Notes: generated by a model from the letters alone, not told the origin. 64,000 nucleotides of DNA from Eledone cirrhosa (GCA_964016885.1 OZ024740.1:168206001-168270000), one strand, 5' to 3'; positions 1-13,066 are shown, counted from the first letter of the stretch. Translations and numbers: made by a program.

Positions 1-192
1 AGAGATGAAGACTTCTTTCGAGCAATTTCACATCAATAACAAAAATAACAACATCGTCAACAATACGAACAACAATAACAGTCACAACAACAACAATACC
101 AACGAAACACACGTCAGAAAAATAAGTTTTGAAAAGTTTCGTTGCTGGTTGCCTTCGTTAACTAATCGAAAACGTGTGAATAAATTGACAAG
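1..192 (+). CDS. Internal coding exon (5' end outside window) of a SAM-domain protein gene; Asn-rich low-complexity segment
   Basis: Open frame ...RKRVNKLT-ag ends at consensus donor AG|GTGAGT (192/193), phase 2. It joins in frame with the exon at 1645. Confidence 0.75.
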
Positions 193-230
193 GTGAGTTT
201 TAAATCGAAAACAATGATCGAACTTATTTT

Positions 231-272
231 CTATATATATATATATATATATGTGTGTGTGGGGGGGGGGGG

Positions 273-343
<71 letters not shown>
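231..343. repeat. Compound (TA)n/(TG)n/G-run microsatellite
   Basis: Directly visible. Confidence 0.95.
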
Positions 344-348
<5 letters not shown>

Positions 349-715
349 GTATATACATATAAATATGTACGTATGGGTTATATCGAACATCAGTAATACT
401 GTTCGATTCGTTTATAAACAAACTGACCGATTTGAAGCTGTGCCTTACCGGTGATCGATCATCACCTGTTTGTTCAACACTGGCTTTGAGGAACAACCAA
501 CATGTTTCTGGGTCATTATCCTTCATCAGGACTGTATACCTCTGTCAGTCTGTTGAACAGTTGAAAATATATAGTGTTTTCGTAAGTACACTTCGGCTGA
601 GTAGCCTCATTTGCATACCAAGCGACTTACGGTTGGCCTTGCTGAATATTAAAAATAAAATTAGAATTTTATTTCTTGCCCTAGCACAGCTGATACAAAC
701 ATTTAAGTATGCACA

Positions 716-719
<4 letters not shown>

Positions 720-751
<32 letters not shown>
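720..751. repeat. (CA)n microsatellite
   Basis: Directly visible. Confidence 0.95.
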
Positions 752-755
<4 letters not shown>

Positions 756-1644
756 AATGTACGTATTTTGTTCGATGTTCTAACAAGATTTGCCAATCCA
801 TCCTATTTTTGAGGGCAAAATACGAACTTTGACCTTGAAGTTGGTTGACCAGTTAATTATGAATTCAGTTTAGATATAACTGACTTTATTCGTGTCAATA
901 ATGTCCTTTGCAAAGAAGAGGAAGTGCTTCTTAGATAAACACGGAGTACAGATAATATATCGATATGTCGGTCCAAGTCTCGACAATAAATCTCGTCCTG
1001 TTATCGTAGTAGGTATTGTGATATGGTGATACGAAATAGTCGACTGGATATGATATTGGACTATCTGCTCAGCATTTGGCAATTCAAGTCGACAGAAAAC
1101 ATTTCGGTACTTCTCTGGACAGGATATTGCAATTTTATAGTCAGTCTCAGTTTGCGTATATTGTAATAGCCTGTTGACTATCTTATCGGGAACAGCAAAA
1201 ATTTGTCATTCATCTATTTAACGCTTCAGTTAGAACATCGAATTAAATACTTAGTGATATTTGTTCTGGCCCTTTCTTTATGAAGTTTATATGAAGCCAT
1301 GGTCAACTTTGTCTTTTCTCCTTACCGAGTCAATAAATAAAGTACCAGTCTAGGGCAGCAGATAGGCGGAACTTTTAGAGCATCGGATAAGATACCTTGT
1401 TGTATCAGTTCTGACACTGTGCCTTTCTATGTGGTGATATGGTAGGACTGGACCCCTATCATTAAAACACCCAAGATACCTTTTATAAGTACAACCTCTT
1501 GAAAGGCTGCTTAAATCTATGGATAACTTCCCACTAATTATAATATGCAAAGCACAATGACAATGTATAATCATAAGAAACGTACTTAAATTGATTTAGT
1601 TCCTTCCATATATGTTTATTTCAAAATGAGTTTCTAAATTACAG

Positions 1645-1702
1645 ATTCTTTGGGGAAGAGCCACCGCTTCTGGAAATATTTTTACAGAAATTAGGTTATG
1701 AA
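1645..1702 (+). CDS. 58-bp coding exon of SAM-domain gene (R-FFGEEPPLLEIFLQKLGYE)
   Basis: Acceptor ttacag|A and donor GAA|GTAAGT. 1+57 nt restores phase 0. FLQKLGYE resembles SAM helix 1. Not in the ORF track. Confidence 0.85.
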
Positions 1703-2148
1703 GTAAGTAATATTTGTGAATTTATACATAAATAAAATTTAGTGAGACTTTGAACGCTACTAAATATTATTGCTGGTTGTATCTGCTATTGTCAAACATT
1801 TCACTTATCTTAAACATACATTTTTATCTTGATTAATCGCAAACTCTTTATAATTTGAAGAGAGGAAAAATTCTAGGACGTGATGCCCATATCCACCCCG
1901 AGGTAAGCGAGATAAGTGAACTGAAATGTCTTCAGCCAGAGGTTGAAACGTTACTTGGTCACTGACTTACCAGGAACATATATTTTACTCAAGGGCGCTA
2001 CTAATTTTTTTAAATAAAAGACAAAAAGAAAGCGACGTGATGATAATGCCTTACATACCTTTGATCATAAGTCTTTTTCTTCGGGGGCGTTTGGTATTTC
2101 ATTCAACCTCGACATCTTAATATAAAGCAGCTAAGAAAAATTAGCATC

Positions 2149-2205
<57 letters not shown>
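2149..2205. repeat. (TAG)n microsatellite
   Basis: Directly visible. Confidence 0.95.
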
Positions 2206-2890
2206 CACACAAATAATGCTTCTTCTTGCTCCCTTAACATAATGGCGAGTAAAAGGCAGAATCGGTAAAGTGTCTGTGAAAATATGTGCTATTTGGTTAC
2301 ATTTTTAATGTTCAGATCCACTTTTCTTTGACGCCTGTAACATGAATACTAGTTGATGTAATTAATATGTCATGGAGATTTGTCATTCTAACATTTCCAC
2401 AATCCAAATAACGAAAGCAATAAAAGAATAAATACGTGATGGCATCTGCAATTCCAGATCAATTTTTTGATTCAAGTGAACACTGATCAATCAGATCTAT
2501 GATCACAATACTTTCTGTTCTTACTATCCCATCATCTTAGGTATATATAAGAGTACATTGCCTAATATGTCCCTTTCTTAAGTATGGAGCTATATTGAAG
2601 GAGACTTGATTATAATTTAGCAAGTTGTCTGCCCAGTTGTATCAATATTGCTCTAAAACTTTAATTAGATTGTAGTTTAGCATATCTTTTCCTTCCGTGG
2701 TGGAAAGATTGTAAATAAAATAACTATAAAACGCTAAAGGGAATAAAGAAGAATCTTTAAAGTTATCACCGAGATTTGATCTCAATTTAACTTTCATATG
2801 AAGAACTCTCGACCGTTCTTCTAATAACATGATATATCAATGAGTGATACATCCTTCAATTACAAAATTTCTCTTTCTTTTCATCTTCAG

Positions 2891-3058
2891 CGCTACGTTA
2901 CCAATTTCTCACACGAGCACATAGGAATGCTCGAACTGCCTTACATGACAGAAGAACGTCTGAAGAGTATTGGAATACCAATGGGTCCTAGACTACGAAT
3001 ACTCCAAGAAGCTCAGCTTTGTTTTCGACAAGAAAACTTCGATATTTATATTGTCTGA
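2891..3058 (+). CDS. Terminal coding exon, C-terminal SAM (sterile alpha motif) domain
   Basis: Pyrimidine tract + cag| acceptor. RYVTNFSHEHIGMLELPYMTEERLKSIGIPMGPRLRILQEAQ matches the SAM pattern (Y..F..E.I....L..M.EE.L..IGI..GPR.RIL). Stop TGA. Confidence 0.88.
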   Translation, partial: RYVTNFSHEHIGMLELPYMTEERLKSIGIPMGPRLRILQEAQLCFRQENFDIYIV

Positions 3059-3229
3059 TGAATTAACTTTTTTTTAATTACACGCACACATACTCTCTTT
3101 CCTTCTTTCTCTCCGCCTCTTCCCCGTTTCAAACTCTTTATTTCTCTTTCAGACACAAAACAATCACACAGGTGTATGCATATTACACATGCACACATAT
3201 CTATATATATAAAGACAATTAATTGGTAC

Positions 3230-3469
<240 letters not shown>

Positions 3470-4101
3470 TGATATTCCTAGCTTTCGGTCTAGGTAAAAA
3501 CACATTAGTACTAATTAATACTAAAGGACACAGGGCTATGCAATATTAAAAATGAGTTCCGAATCGAATCATTCTTGTCTATTTGTTGTGGTTCTTGATC
3601 CTACATATGTTGTTGTTGTTTTGTGTTTTTGTTATAGGGGAGATCATTTTCCGTGTCTTGATGTTGGTAGTGGTGGTGATGATGGTATTTGTTAGCCCAA
3701 AATTAGACCTGGATCTAAACCACAACGACATATTAGGAGGTTTCTCCTGTATTTCTTGTCATCTATGTAAAGAGTACGACGAACTATATAAAAAAAAATA
3801 TTCAAACTTTATATGTTTATATTATTTACAATTTTTCCACAGCAGCGTTGAAAGAAATGCGGGATCACAATAGATGAAATCTGAGTTATATTGGAGTATC
3901 CAACATACTAGATATGGCAGCCAGCTCTCTCTCAAAACAGCAAACTCTAGTTCAGAAAATGCCGTTCAAAAGATTTAGGATGTATTGTGATTGTGATGTG
4001 GCGTTACAGCTATGTAACATTACATTTCGTTCAGTTCCTGAATCGACATGCAGTATTATATGAAGATTTAAAGAAAGAAAAAACTAATAAAGAAACTTTT
4101 A

Positions 4102-4166
4102 AGGTTTCGCCGAAACTTAAACTCGGTTAGCTGGATTCAGAGTGTTAACCATTACACCATACAACT
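4102..4166 (-). pseudogene. tRNA-Gln(CUG) pseudogene with 7-bp anticodon-arm deletion
   Basis: aggtttcgccgaaacttaaactcgg..ggattcagagtgttaaccattacacc. Confidence 0.8.
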
Positions 4167-4545
4167 ACCTTGGCATCTTATCATGCAAAAAAATTAATTT
4201 ATTGAAATGGGTTTAACTTTATCTCTTTCACCAACTCTCCAACGTGGCTCCACCGATCTCATATTGAAGTATTTTTATCTTTCAAATTCTCTCGTTTAAT
4301 TCTTCTTTTTATAGTTTCTCATTCGAATTCCAGCGACAATTTTATACGGTCCCTCTGCCTGTTTGAAATAGCAGCCAAATTTCTAACACTTTATACAATA
4401 TCGCCTTAAAAATTAAGGTCACGTGAGATCGGTGGACTCACGTTTGTGAGTGGGTGAAAGAGATAAATTTAAACACTTGCAATCCATTGTAATAAATTAA
4501 TTTTATGTAGTAATATATACATTTTGCACAATAAAATGCCTCAAA

Positions 4546-4617
4546 AGTTGCATGGTGTAATGGTTAGCATTCAGGACCCTGCATCCAGCTATCCGAGTTG
4601 AAGACTCTGTGAAACCT
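4546..4617 (+). pseudogene. Degenerate tRNA-Gln
   Basis: catggtgtaatggttagcattcaggaccctgcatccagctatccgagttgaag; B box and anticodon loop mutated. Confidence 0.8.
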
Positions 4618-4656
4618 TAGAGTAAGCAAATAGTATTTATATGAACGTTAAAAAAA

Positions 4657-4728
4657 AGGTTTCACCGAGACTTGAACTTGGATCACTGGATTCAAAGTCC
4701 AGAGTGCTAACCTTTGCACCACGAAACC
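4657..4728 (-). pseudogene. tRNA-Gln(UUG) pseudogene, several substitutions
   Basis: Full length but A box, T stem and acceptor altered; convergent with the 4546 copy. Confidence 0.75.
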
Positions 4729-5152
4729 CGCCTGGAATAGCTGCTCAGCACCAAATTGAGAACTAATCCGGGAACCAGCGAGGTAGAAATAGCGCCCATC
4801 TCACACCTTACCTTTTATAAGTAACGTCATATTACTGTAGATAATATAGTCTTATATAACACTAAAAACACGGAATAGTCACCACAGCAATACATCCTAA
4901 ACTATTAGAACAATATTGATAAGGAATCAACGAGCTAACATGTTAATATACTGTTATACACAATTGAAAATTTGAGCTGGTAACGACAGAAATAAGTTTG
5001 ATCCTATGTTTATTGTATCTTGGATTTGTTATCCATTTGGTTCTAAAATTTTAAGAATTTGTCGTGATCGCGATGTAGGATTTCATCTCCTTCGACTCTG
5101 GAACGATTAATTAGGTAGTAGTTATGTGGAGGTTTAAAATAATTGCATTTTA

Positions 5153-5224
5153 AGGTTTCGCCGAGACTTGAAATCAGATAACTAGATTCAAAGCTCAGAA
5201 TGCTAGCTATTACACCACGAAACC
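5153..5224 (-). pseudogene. Degenerate tRNA-Gln(UUG)
   Basis: aggtttcgccgagacttgaaatcagataactagattcaaagctcagaatgctagctattacaccacgaaacc. Confidence 0.75.
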
Positions 5225-5469
5225 CCCCTAGAACAACTGGTTCATAGGTCTGGTGTACATGGTGTACATGAGTATTATCTACATCACGAACAATAGACAG
5301 ATATGCACTTTTACAAGTGTTTAAATATATGTCGTATACTCACCTACCTGTTGCCACATCACATATGCACATTTTTAACTCCTTATTTTTTATTTTAAGT
5401 CTAATCGTTCCATCATTGAAGGAAAAGAAATATTACATCCAGAATAAATCTTTATCAATTGTAACACAC

Positions 5470-5660
5470 CTTACCGTTACAGGAGAAAGTCGATTAAATC
5501 GACTCCACTGTTATACTGGTGATTTGTTTTATCGATCACGTGAAGATAAAAGTCAAATCTTAACTCGGCGGCAATTGCGCTCAGAACGAAATGGGACTTA
5601 ACTATATGCCACAAAGCAATATGTCCGACTCTCTCCAGATACTGCTGATTCACCGCCCTA
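5470..5660 (-). mobile_element. Old tRNA-derived SINE, head-to-head with the tRNA-Gln at 5713
   Basis: Reverse complement of head agggcggtgaatcagcagtatctggagagagtcggaca..ctgagcgcaattgccgccgag..gacttttatctt..cgataaaaca; same family as the 13067 copy. Confidence 0.7.
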
Positions 5661-5712
5661 TCTGCAATGCAAAAAATAAATATAATGAAAGATGCTCCCG
5701 TTGTACCAGACG

Positions 5713-5784
5713 GGTTTCATGGTGTAATGGTTAGCACTCTGGACTTTGAATCCAGCGATCCGAGTTCAAGTCTCGGTGAAACCT
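5713..5784 (+). tRNA. trnQ-UUG: tRNA-Gln (UUG)
   Basis: GGTTTCATGGTGTAATGGTTAGCACTCTGGACTTTGAATCCAGCGATCCGAGTTCAAGTCTCGGTGAAACCT; complete cloverleaf, A/B boxes, downstream T-run. Confidence 0.96.
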
Positions 5785-6838
5785 TTAAATCCAAATTTTT
5801 TCGTTTTAACGTTAATATAAATATTACCTGATCAATCATTCTGGAAGTGAAGGAAATATAATCCTACCCTACATCCCAATCAAAATAAATCCTAAATTTT
5901 AGAACCAAATTGAAAAATAATCCGGTAACCAAAGTGTTAGTAACAGCGCTCGTCTCTCATTGAAATCTCACCCTACCGTTGATAGCGAGTTAACGAGCTA
6001 ACGTGTTAATATACTGTTATACACAATTAAAGATTTGAGCTGGTCACGAGAGAAATACGTTTGGTTTATTGTATCCTGAATTTATTATCAATTTGGTTCT
6101 AAAAGTTTAAGTTTTGTTGTGATTGCGATGTAGGTTTACATCTCCTTCAATTCTGGAACGATTAATCAGATTGTATTTATATGAACGTTAAAAACAATGA
6201 TTTTTAAAGTTGCGCGCAGATTCCGATCGCGAGATTCAAAGGCCAGAATAAATACTCTGCAAAATGTTTCTCTTGTTTTCTTGTTTAAATATATGTCACA
6301 ATCTCTCCTACTTTTTGCCATCTCACTCACATTGAAATCTTTCTAACTTTCAATTTCTGTCGTTTTATTCTGCCTTTTATACTTTATCCTTCAATATCGC
6401 TTTATAAATTAAAGACACATTGGCCATCATAATCCCTGATGTACAAAAGTACGGGATGGTCAAAACTGGAGGGCCGTTATTTATAGGTCTGCTGTACATG
6501 AGTATTATCTACATCACGAACAACAGACAGATTTGTACTTTTACATTGAGGCTCACTCTTTGGGTCAAATTTGCGATAAGGCATCCCAGCTTGTTGCAGC
6601 TAGTATATGTTCTTTAATAAATGTTTATTGTGTTATTTTCTGACGTGGAATGAGTAGGATATGGTGGTGTTGTGTCAGAGTATGCTGGTTTACACACTTT
6701 TTCTCACTACTGTGAAAAGTGCTTAAAATTTAATTTTGTTCATTTCAAGTACGGTTTAGTGAAACTAATAAATAAAAAAAAACATATGAATGCACATCAA
6801 ATATTTCTATGAGATTTGAAATTGGATTGATGGATTCA

Positions 6839-7030
6839 AGACCTGTCAACTAACCCCGTCTGACGGGGTGATCTAACCCCACTTTATGGTAGGTGAAAGA
6901 TGTTTGCTATTGTAAAAATGGGTATAGCTTTCATTATGTAAAATCTCCTTATTTTGCCTCATTTATTCCCGTTTAGGTGCACTTTTATTCATGGTACTCC
7001 CAGTTTGGTATTTCAGAGGTTGGCAGATCT
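6839..7030. mobile_element. 192-bp hAT-like MITE inserted in the anticodon arm of a tRNA-Gln pseudogene (copies in every array-A unit and near 53.8 kb)
   Basis: TIRs AGACCTGTCAAC / GTTGGCAGATCT; 8-bp TSD TGGATTCA (6831-6838) / GGGATTCA (7031-7038). Confidence 0.65.
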
Positions 7031-7453
7031 GGGATTCACAGTCAAGAACGATAACCATTACACCATGAAACTAGTTCCTAAGAAACTTTAATTATATTTA
7101 TTTTTTACATTGTATAACAAAGTTAAAATATATCTGTCGCGTGATCAACGACATATATCCATCGTTCTGATGGTAAAGTGTGATTATGCTACAATTTCTC
7201 TCGTCTTTTACGTACATACAACAGGAAACCAGTAAAAGAATAAATATTAGAACAATATTGATAACGACTCCACGAGCTAATTTGTTATTATGCCTCACAC
7301 ACCAATAAATCATTTGAGCTGGTCATAACAGAAATACGTTTAATCATAGCTTTATTGTATCAAGGTTTAGCAATAAAAATCTCGATGTTGTTAGACAATT
7401 GAAACAAGATAAATGAAAGATACAGACATTTAGCTGAGCAAATATCGCAGGCA

Positions 7454-7525
7454 GGTTTCATGGTGTAATGGTTAGCACTCTGGACTTTGAATCCAGCGAT
7501 CCGAGTTCAAGTCTCGGTGAAACCT
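7454..7525 (+). tRNA. trnQ-UUG: tRNA-Gln (UUG)
   Basis: Identical to 5713 copy; long T-run terminator downstream. Confidence 0.96.
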
Positions 7526-10500
7526 TAAAAGTCTATTTTTTTTTTTTAACGTTCCTATCAATGCTACCTGATTAATCGTTCCAGGATTCAAAGAGATGTA
7601 AGACAATCACAATGAATGCTAATCTTTTAGAACCATATTGATAACTTATCCGGTAGTCAAATGGTAGAAATATATTTTACCTCTCCTTCATATGATACCC
7701 TACTGTTAAAAATAATGTCACATCAGTTTACATAATATTGTCTTTTATACCACTAAAACAAACGGAGTAGTTACAACAGCAATACATCCTAAACTATTAG
7801 AACGTTATTCATAACGTATCCACGAGCTAACATGTTAATACATACTTACACATCACTGGATGTTTGAGCTGGTTACAACAGAAATACGTTTGATTGTGTA
7901 AATGTTTAGCCTGGTATTATCACTAGCAAAATCTCCCAGCTGTTAGACAACTGAAGTTGACACCATTTATTCTTTTACCAGTTTCCTCGTGTATACATAT
8001 AAAAGATAGGAGTAATGTGAAATATATATTTTAGATTGGTTGTGCAGTGTAAGAAATACATATGATTAAGGTTTCTTTGGAAATGGTTTCCTATTACACC
8101 AACGTGACTCCAGCGATCTCATGTTAAAGTGTTTTTATCTTTCAATTTCTCTCGTTTGATTCTTCCTCTTTTCTAGTTTCTCGTTTGTATTCCAACGACA
8201 ATTTTGTACGGTCATTCTGACTGTTAGAAATAGCTGCCAAAGTTTCAACATACGATAAATATTACCTCATAAATTAAAGACACCTTAGATATCATAGACC
8301 CTGATATACAAAAGACCGGAATGATCAAATCTGGAATGCCGTTGATCATAGATCTGCTCTACATGAGTATTATTTAGAATATCAACAACAGACATATGTT
8401 CAACACACCTGAATATTTAGGCTCACTCCTTGGGTCTACTTTACGGTATGTCATCTCACCTGGGGTAACAGGAATATGATTTTCAGGTGTGTTTTTTAAC
8501 CTTTATTAATGTTATCAAAATATTCTTCATTAGAATTGTATACTTCTCTGTCCCACAAAGAAGTCTTCCTATTGCTCCATTAACATAATGGCGTGTGGTT
8601 GACAGAATTAATAGTGGATCGTATAAAATTACGTAATGTTACGTTTATAACATTAGCACTGGAGTCGATGGAATTGATTATGTCATGGAAGTCAATGTTC
8701 CATCATCACACAGTCGAAATAACGAAAGCAGTATAAGAATGATCTCTAATCTAGACGCAAGGAATGAGAAAGTCGATCATATCGATTCCAGTATTTGATT
8801 TTTACTTTATTTTATTGGCCCCAGAGGTATGAAAGGCAAAGGTGATGTCAGAGTGTAACGAACCGAAAAATACCGCAATGCATTTCACCTAGCACTCTGA
8901 CGATTCTGTTAATCCACCGTCCTCAAAGCAGTAAAATAATAAAAGCAATTGGGTGTTGTATGTTATTTCTTAGTAAGGTGACTAGCCAATGTGTAATAAA
9001 TACTACTCTAAAGCTATAAGAATTGGTGGAGTTTGGAAACAGTATTTCTTTTCCTTCTGTTCTGAAAAGATTGGAAATAAAATCATTATAGTCGGTTTAA
9101 AAGAATACGTTTTCATGGTATCATTAAGATTCGAACTCAGATGGATGGTGTGATAAACACTACAACATGGGACCCTGCAATGGATTGATGTCTTGACCAG
9201 GGAAAGTCTTTACTTGCAGTCGCTTAACACTGATGAGATCAGGATAAGCAGCGACCTGATGATCCGGCGGACTAGAGAATAATACATTAAATTCATTTAT
9301 TGCATTGCATAACAAATCTTTAAATCTATGTGTCACACTCTCTTACATGGCTTTTCACCACTCTTATCATAGAGAGGATTATTTCTCATTTTCTCACCTT
9401 ATTCATTAATAGAGGTACATTCTACGCATTCTCTCTATCTCTTAGAAACAGAAACCATATATACCACTTCAAGAAAAACAAGGGCGCATTAAATAGTGTA
9501 ATTCCTGATATACAAAAAGACTGGATTATTAAGTCGTGCATGCTTTTGATACCACGTTGGCTCCCGGATCAGTTATCGATTTGGTTCTAAACATTTAGGA
9601 TTTATTGTGATTGTGATTTAGGATTATGTTTCCTTCAATTGTGGAACGATTGATCGGGAATTATTTATATGAAGGTTGAAACGAAAAAATATAGAAAAAA
9701 TTTAAAGCTTTCACCGTAACTTGATCTCGGATCGCTGGAATCAGAGTCCTACCCATTACACCATGAAATCTTCTTAGTTTAAGTGTATTTCTCGTGTCTT
9801 TTACATACATAAAAAAGTAAACAAGTAAAAGATTAGGATTCATTGTGACTGCGATGTAGCCTTACTTCTCTTTCAATCCTGGATCAATTGATCAGGTAGT
9901 ACTTATATGAACGTCAAAACGAAAAAGTATAGATTTAAAGGTTTAACCATTACACCATGAAACCCGTCTCTGACAGCTGCTCAGTTGATATTCATATTGC
10001 TAGTTTAATTTCCTTTATTGTATGTTTATCTTGCAATTACTCTTGTCCTTTATTTAGATACACGAGGAAACCTGTAAAACACTAAATGGTGTCAACTCCA
10101 GTTGTCTAACAGCTCCGAGATTTTTGTTGATGTATAATACCAGGCGAAACCTATGTCGCTGATCACGTGACAGATATATTTTAACTTTGTTATACAATGT
10201 AAGAAATAAATATAATTAAAGTTTCTTAGGCACAAGTTTCATGGTGTAATGGTTATCGTTCTGGACTCTGAAACCCAAACCTTCCAACCTCCAAAACCCA
10301 AACGGGAAGTACCATGAATATAAGTGCCCCAGAACGGAGAGGAATGCGGCAACATGGGGAGCTTTTACATAATGAAAGCTATACTCATTTTCACAATAGA
10401 AGACATCTCTCCCCCACCATAAAGCGGATGGTAGATATCCCTGGCGGAGGGGGGTAGTTGACATGTCTTGAATACATTCATCCATTTTCAAATCTCATTG

Positions 10501-11073
10501 AATATTTTGTGTATTTTTTTTATTTATTAGTTTCGCGAAATCGTTTTAGAAATGAACAAAATGAAATCTTCGGCACAGTAGTGAGAAAAAGTGCGTAAAC
10601 CAACATGCTCTGATACAGCACCACATTATCCTACTAATTCCACGTCAGATAAGAACACATTAAACATTTTTTTAAAGAACGTATTCCTTCTACTACATGT
10701 GGAATACCTTAGCAGAAAGCTGACCCAAAGAGTGAGCCTCAATGTAAAAGTACATATCTGTCTGTTGTTCGTGATGTAGATAATACTCATGGACAGCAGA
10801 CCTATAAATAACGGCCCTCCAGTTTTGACCATCCCGTACTTTTGTATATCAGGGATTACGATGTCCAATGTTTCTTTAATTTATAAAGTGATATTGAACG
10901 ATAAAGTAGGAAAGGAAGAGTAAAACGACAGACATTGAAAGTTAGAAAGACTTCAATGTGAGATGGCAACAGGTAGGAGACATTCTGAAATATATTTAAA
11001 CACTTACTATGTAAAAGAATCAAGGGAATTAAGAAAACAAGTTAAACATTTTACTGAGTGCTTATGGCAGACG

Positions 11074-11145
11074 GGTTTCGTGATGAAATGGTTAGCATTA
11101 TTGTCTTTGAATCTAGCGATCCTTGTTCAAGTCTCGACGAAACCT
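11074..11145 (+). pseudogene. tRNA-Gln(UUG) pseudogene of array A (one per unit)
   Basis: ggtttcgtgatgaaatggttagcattattgtctttgaatctagcgatccttgttcaagtctcgacgaaacct; D, anticodon and T stems broken. Confidence 0.8.
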
Positions 11146-11378
11146 AAGAAATAACATTTATTTAACGTTCATATAAATACCTTATTCATTGTTCTCGAAA
11201 TGAAAGAGATGTTAGATATTTCTACTAGTTTGACTACCAGATTAGTTATCAATTTGGTTCTAATGGTTCAGGATATATTTTGATTGTGGTGGAGGGGAGG
11301 ATTATACTTCTTTCATTTCTAGAACTCTTGATCAGCTAGTACTTATATGAACGTCAAAACGAAAAAGTATAGATTTAA

Positions 11379-11450
11379 AGGTTTCACCGAGACTTGAACT
11401 CGGATCGCTGGATTTAGAGATCAGAGTGCTAACCATTACACCATGAATCT
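11379..11450 (-). pseudogene. tRNA-Gln-derived sequence with CUA (amber) anticodon, copy 1
   Basis: AGATTCA TGGTGTAATGGTTAGCACT CTGAT CT CTA AA TCCAG CGAT CCGAG TTCAAGT CTCGG TGAAACC T; A/B boxes intact, 2 acceptor and 2 anticodon-stem mismatches. Confidence 0.85.
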
Positions 11451-11846
11451 GCTTAATTCCAGCGTATTTCTCTTGTCTTTTACATACATAAGAGAGTAAA
11501 CCAGTAAAAGAATAAAAAGTGATGTATAAGTATGTATTAACAGTTCGTGGATACGTTATCAATAACCTTCTAATAGATTAGGATGTATTTCTGTCGTAAC
11601 TACTCCGTTTGTTCTAGTGGTATAAAAGACTACATTATCTAAAGTGATATGATGTAATTTTTAACAGTAGGGTGTCATATGAAGGAGAGGTAAAAGCTAT
11701 TTCTACCACGTTGACTACAGGATAAGTTATCAATTTGGTTCTACAAGATTACGATTCCTTGTGACTGCGATGTAGCCTTACATCTCTTTCAATCGTGGAT
11801 CGATTGATCAGGTAGCTTTGATAGGAACGTTAAAATAAGGTTTTGT

Positions 11847-11918
11847 AGGTTTCACCGAGACTTGAACTCGGATCGCTGGATTCAAAGTCCAGAGTGCTAA
11901 CCATTACACCATGAAACC
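11847..11918 (-). tRNA. trnQ-UUG: tRNA-Gln (UUG)
   Basis: Exact reverse complement of canonical copy. Confidence 0.95.
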
Positions 11919-13066
11919 CGTCTCTGAGAGCTGCTCAGTTGATATTCATATTGCTAGTTTAATTTCCTTTATTGTATGTTTATCTTGCAATTACTCTTGT
12001 CCTTTATTTAGATACACGAGGAAACCTGTAAAACACTAAATGGTGTCAACTCCAGTTGTCTAACAGCTCCGAGATTTTTGTTGATGTATCATACCAGGCG
12101 AAACCTATGTCGCTGATCACGTGACAGATATATTTTAACTTTGTTATACAATGTAAGAAATAAATATAATTAAAGTTTCTTAGGCACAAGTTTCATGGTG
12201 TAATGGTTATCGTTCTGGACTCTGAAACCCAAACCTTCCAACCTCCAAAACCCAAACGGGAAGTACCATGAATATAAGTGCCCCAGAACGGAGAGGAATG
12301 CAGCAACATGGGGAGCTTTTACATAATGAAAGCTATACTCATTTTCACAATAGAAGACATCTCTCCCCCACCATAAAGCGGATGGTAGATATCCCTGGCG
12401 GAGGGGGGTAGTTGACATGTCTTGAATACATTCATCCATTTTCAAATCTCATTGAATATTTTGTGTATTTTTTTTATTTATTAGTTTCGCGAAATCGTTT
12501 TAGAAATGAACAAAATGAAATCTTCGGCACAGTAGTGAGAAAAAGTGCGTAAACCAACATGCTCTGATACAGCACCACATTATCCTACTAATTCCACGTC
12601 AGATAAGAACACATTAAACATTTTTTTAAAGAACGTATTCCTTCTACTACATGTGGAATACTTAGCAGAAAGCTGACCCAAAGAGTGAGCCTCAATGTAA
12701 AAGTACATATCTGTCTGTTGTTCGTGATGTAGATAATACTCATGGACAGCAGACCTATAAATAACGGCCCTCCAGTTTTGACCATCCCGTACTTTTGTAT
12801 ATCAGGGATTACGATGCCCAATGTTTCTTTAATTTATAAAGTGATATTGAACGATAAAGTAGGAAAGGAAGAGTAAAACGACAGACATTGAAAGTTAGAA
12901 AGACTTCAATGTGAGATGGCAACAGGTAGGAGACATTCTGAAATATATTTAAACACTTACTATGTAAAAGAATCAAGGGAATTAAGAAAACAAGTTAAAC
13001 ATTTTACTGAGTGCTTATGGCAGACGGGTTTCGTGATGAAATGGTTAGCATTATTGTCTTTGAATC

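Noticed and set aside
82-812. YI/HT/CV-repeat ORFs here and at 3176-3549, 21504-21887 and 58895-59778
   Set aside because: Dinucleotide microsatellite translations with no coding signal.
2215-2432. Similarity to 8545-8742 suggesting duplication between the gene intron and the cluster
   Set aside because: Both look like decayed copies of a dispersed SINE-like repeat and are too diverged to support a specific event by eye.
10235-10505. Intron-containing tRNA-Gln
   Set aside because: The insert has TIRs and a TSD in the 6839 copy, and the tRNA 3' half lacks a B box. It is a transposon-split pseudogene.
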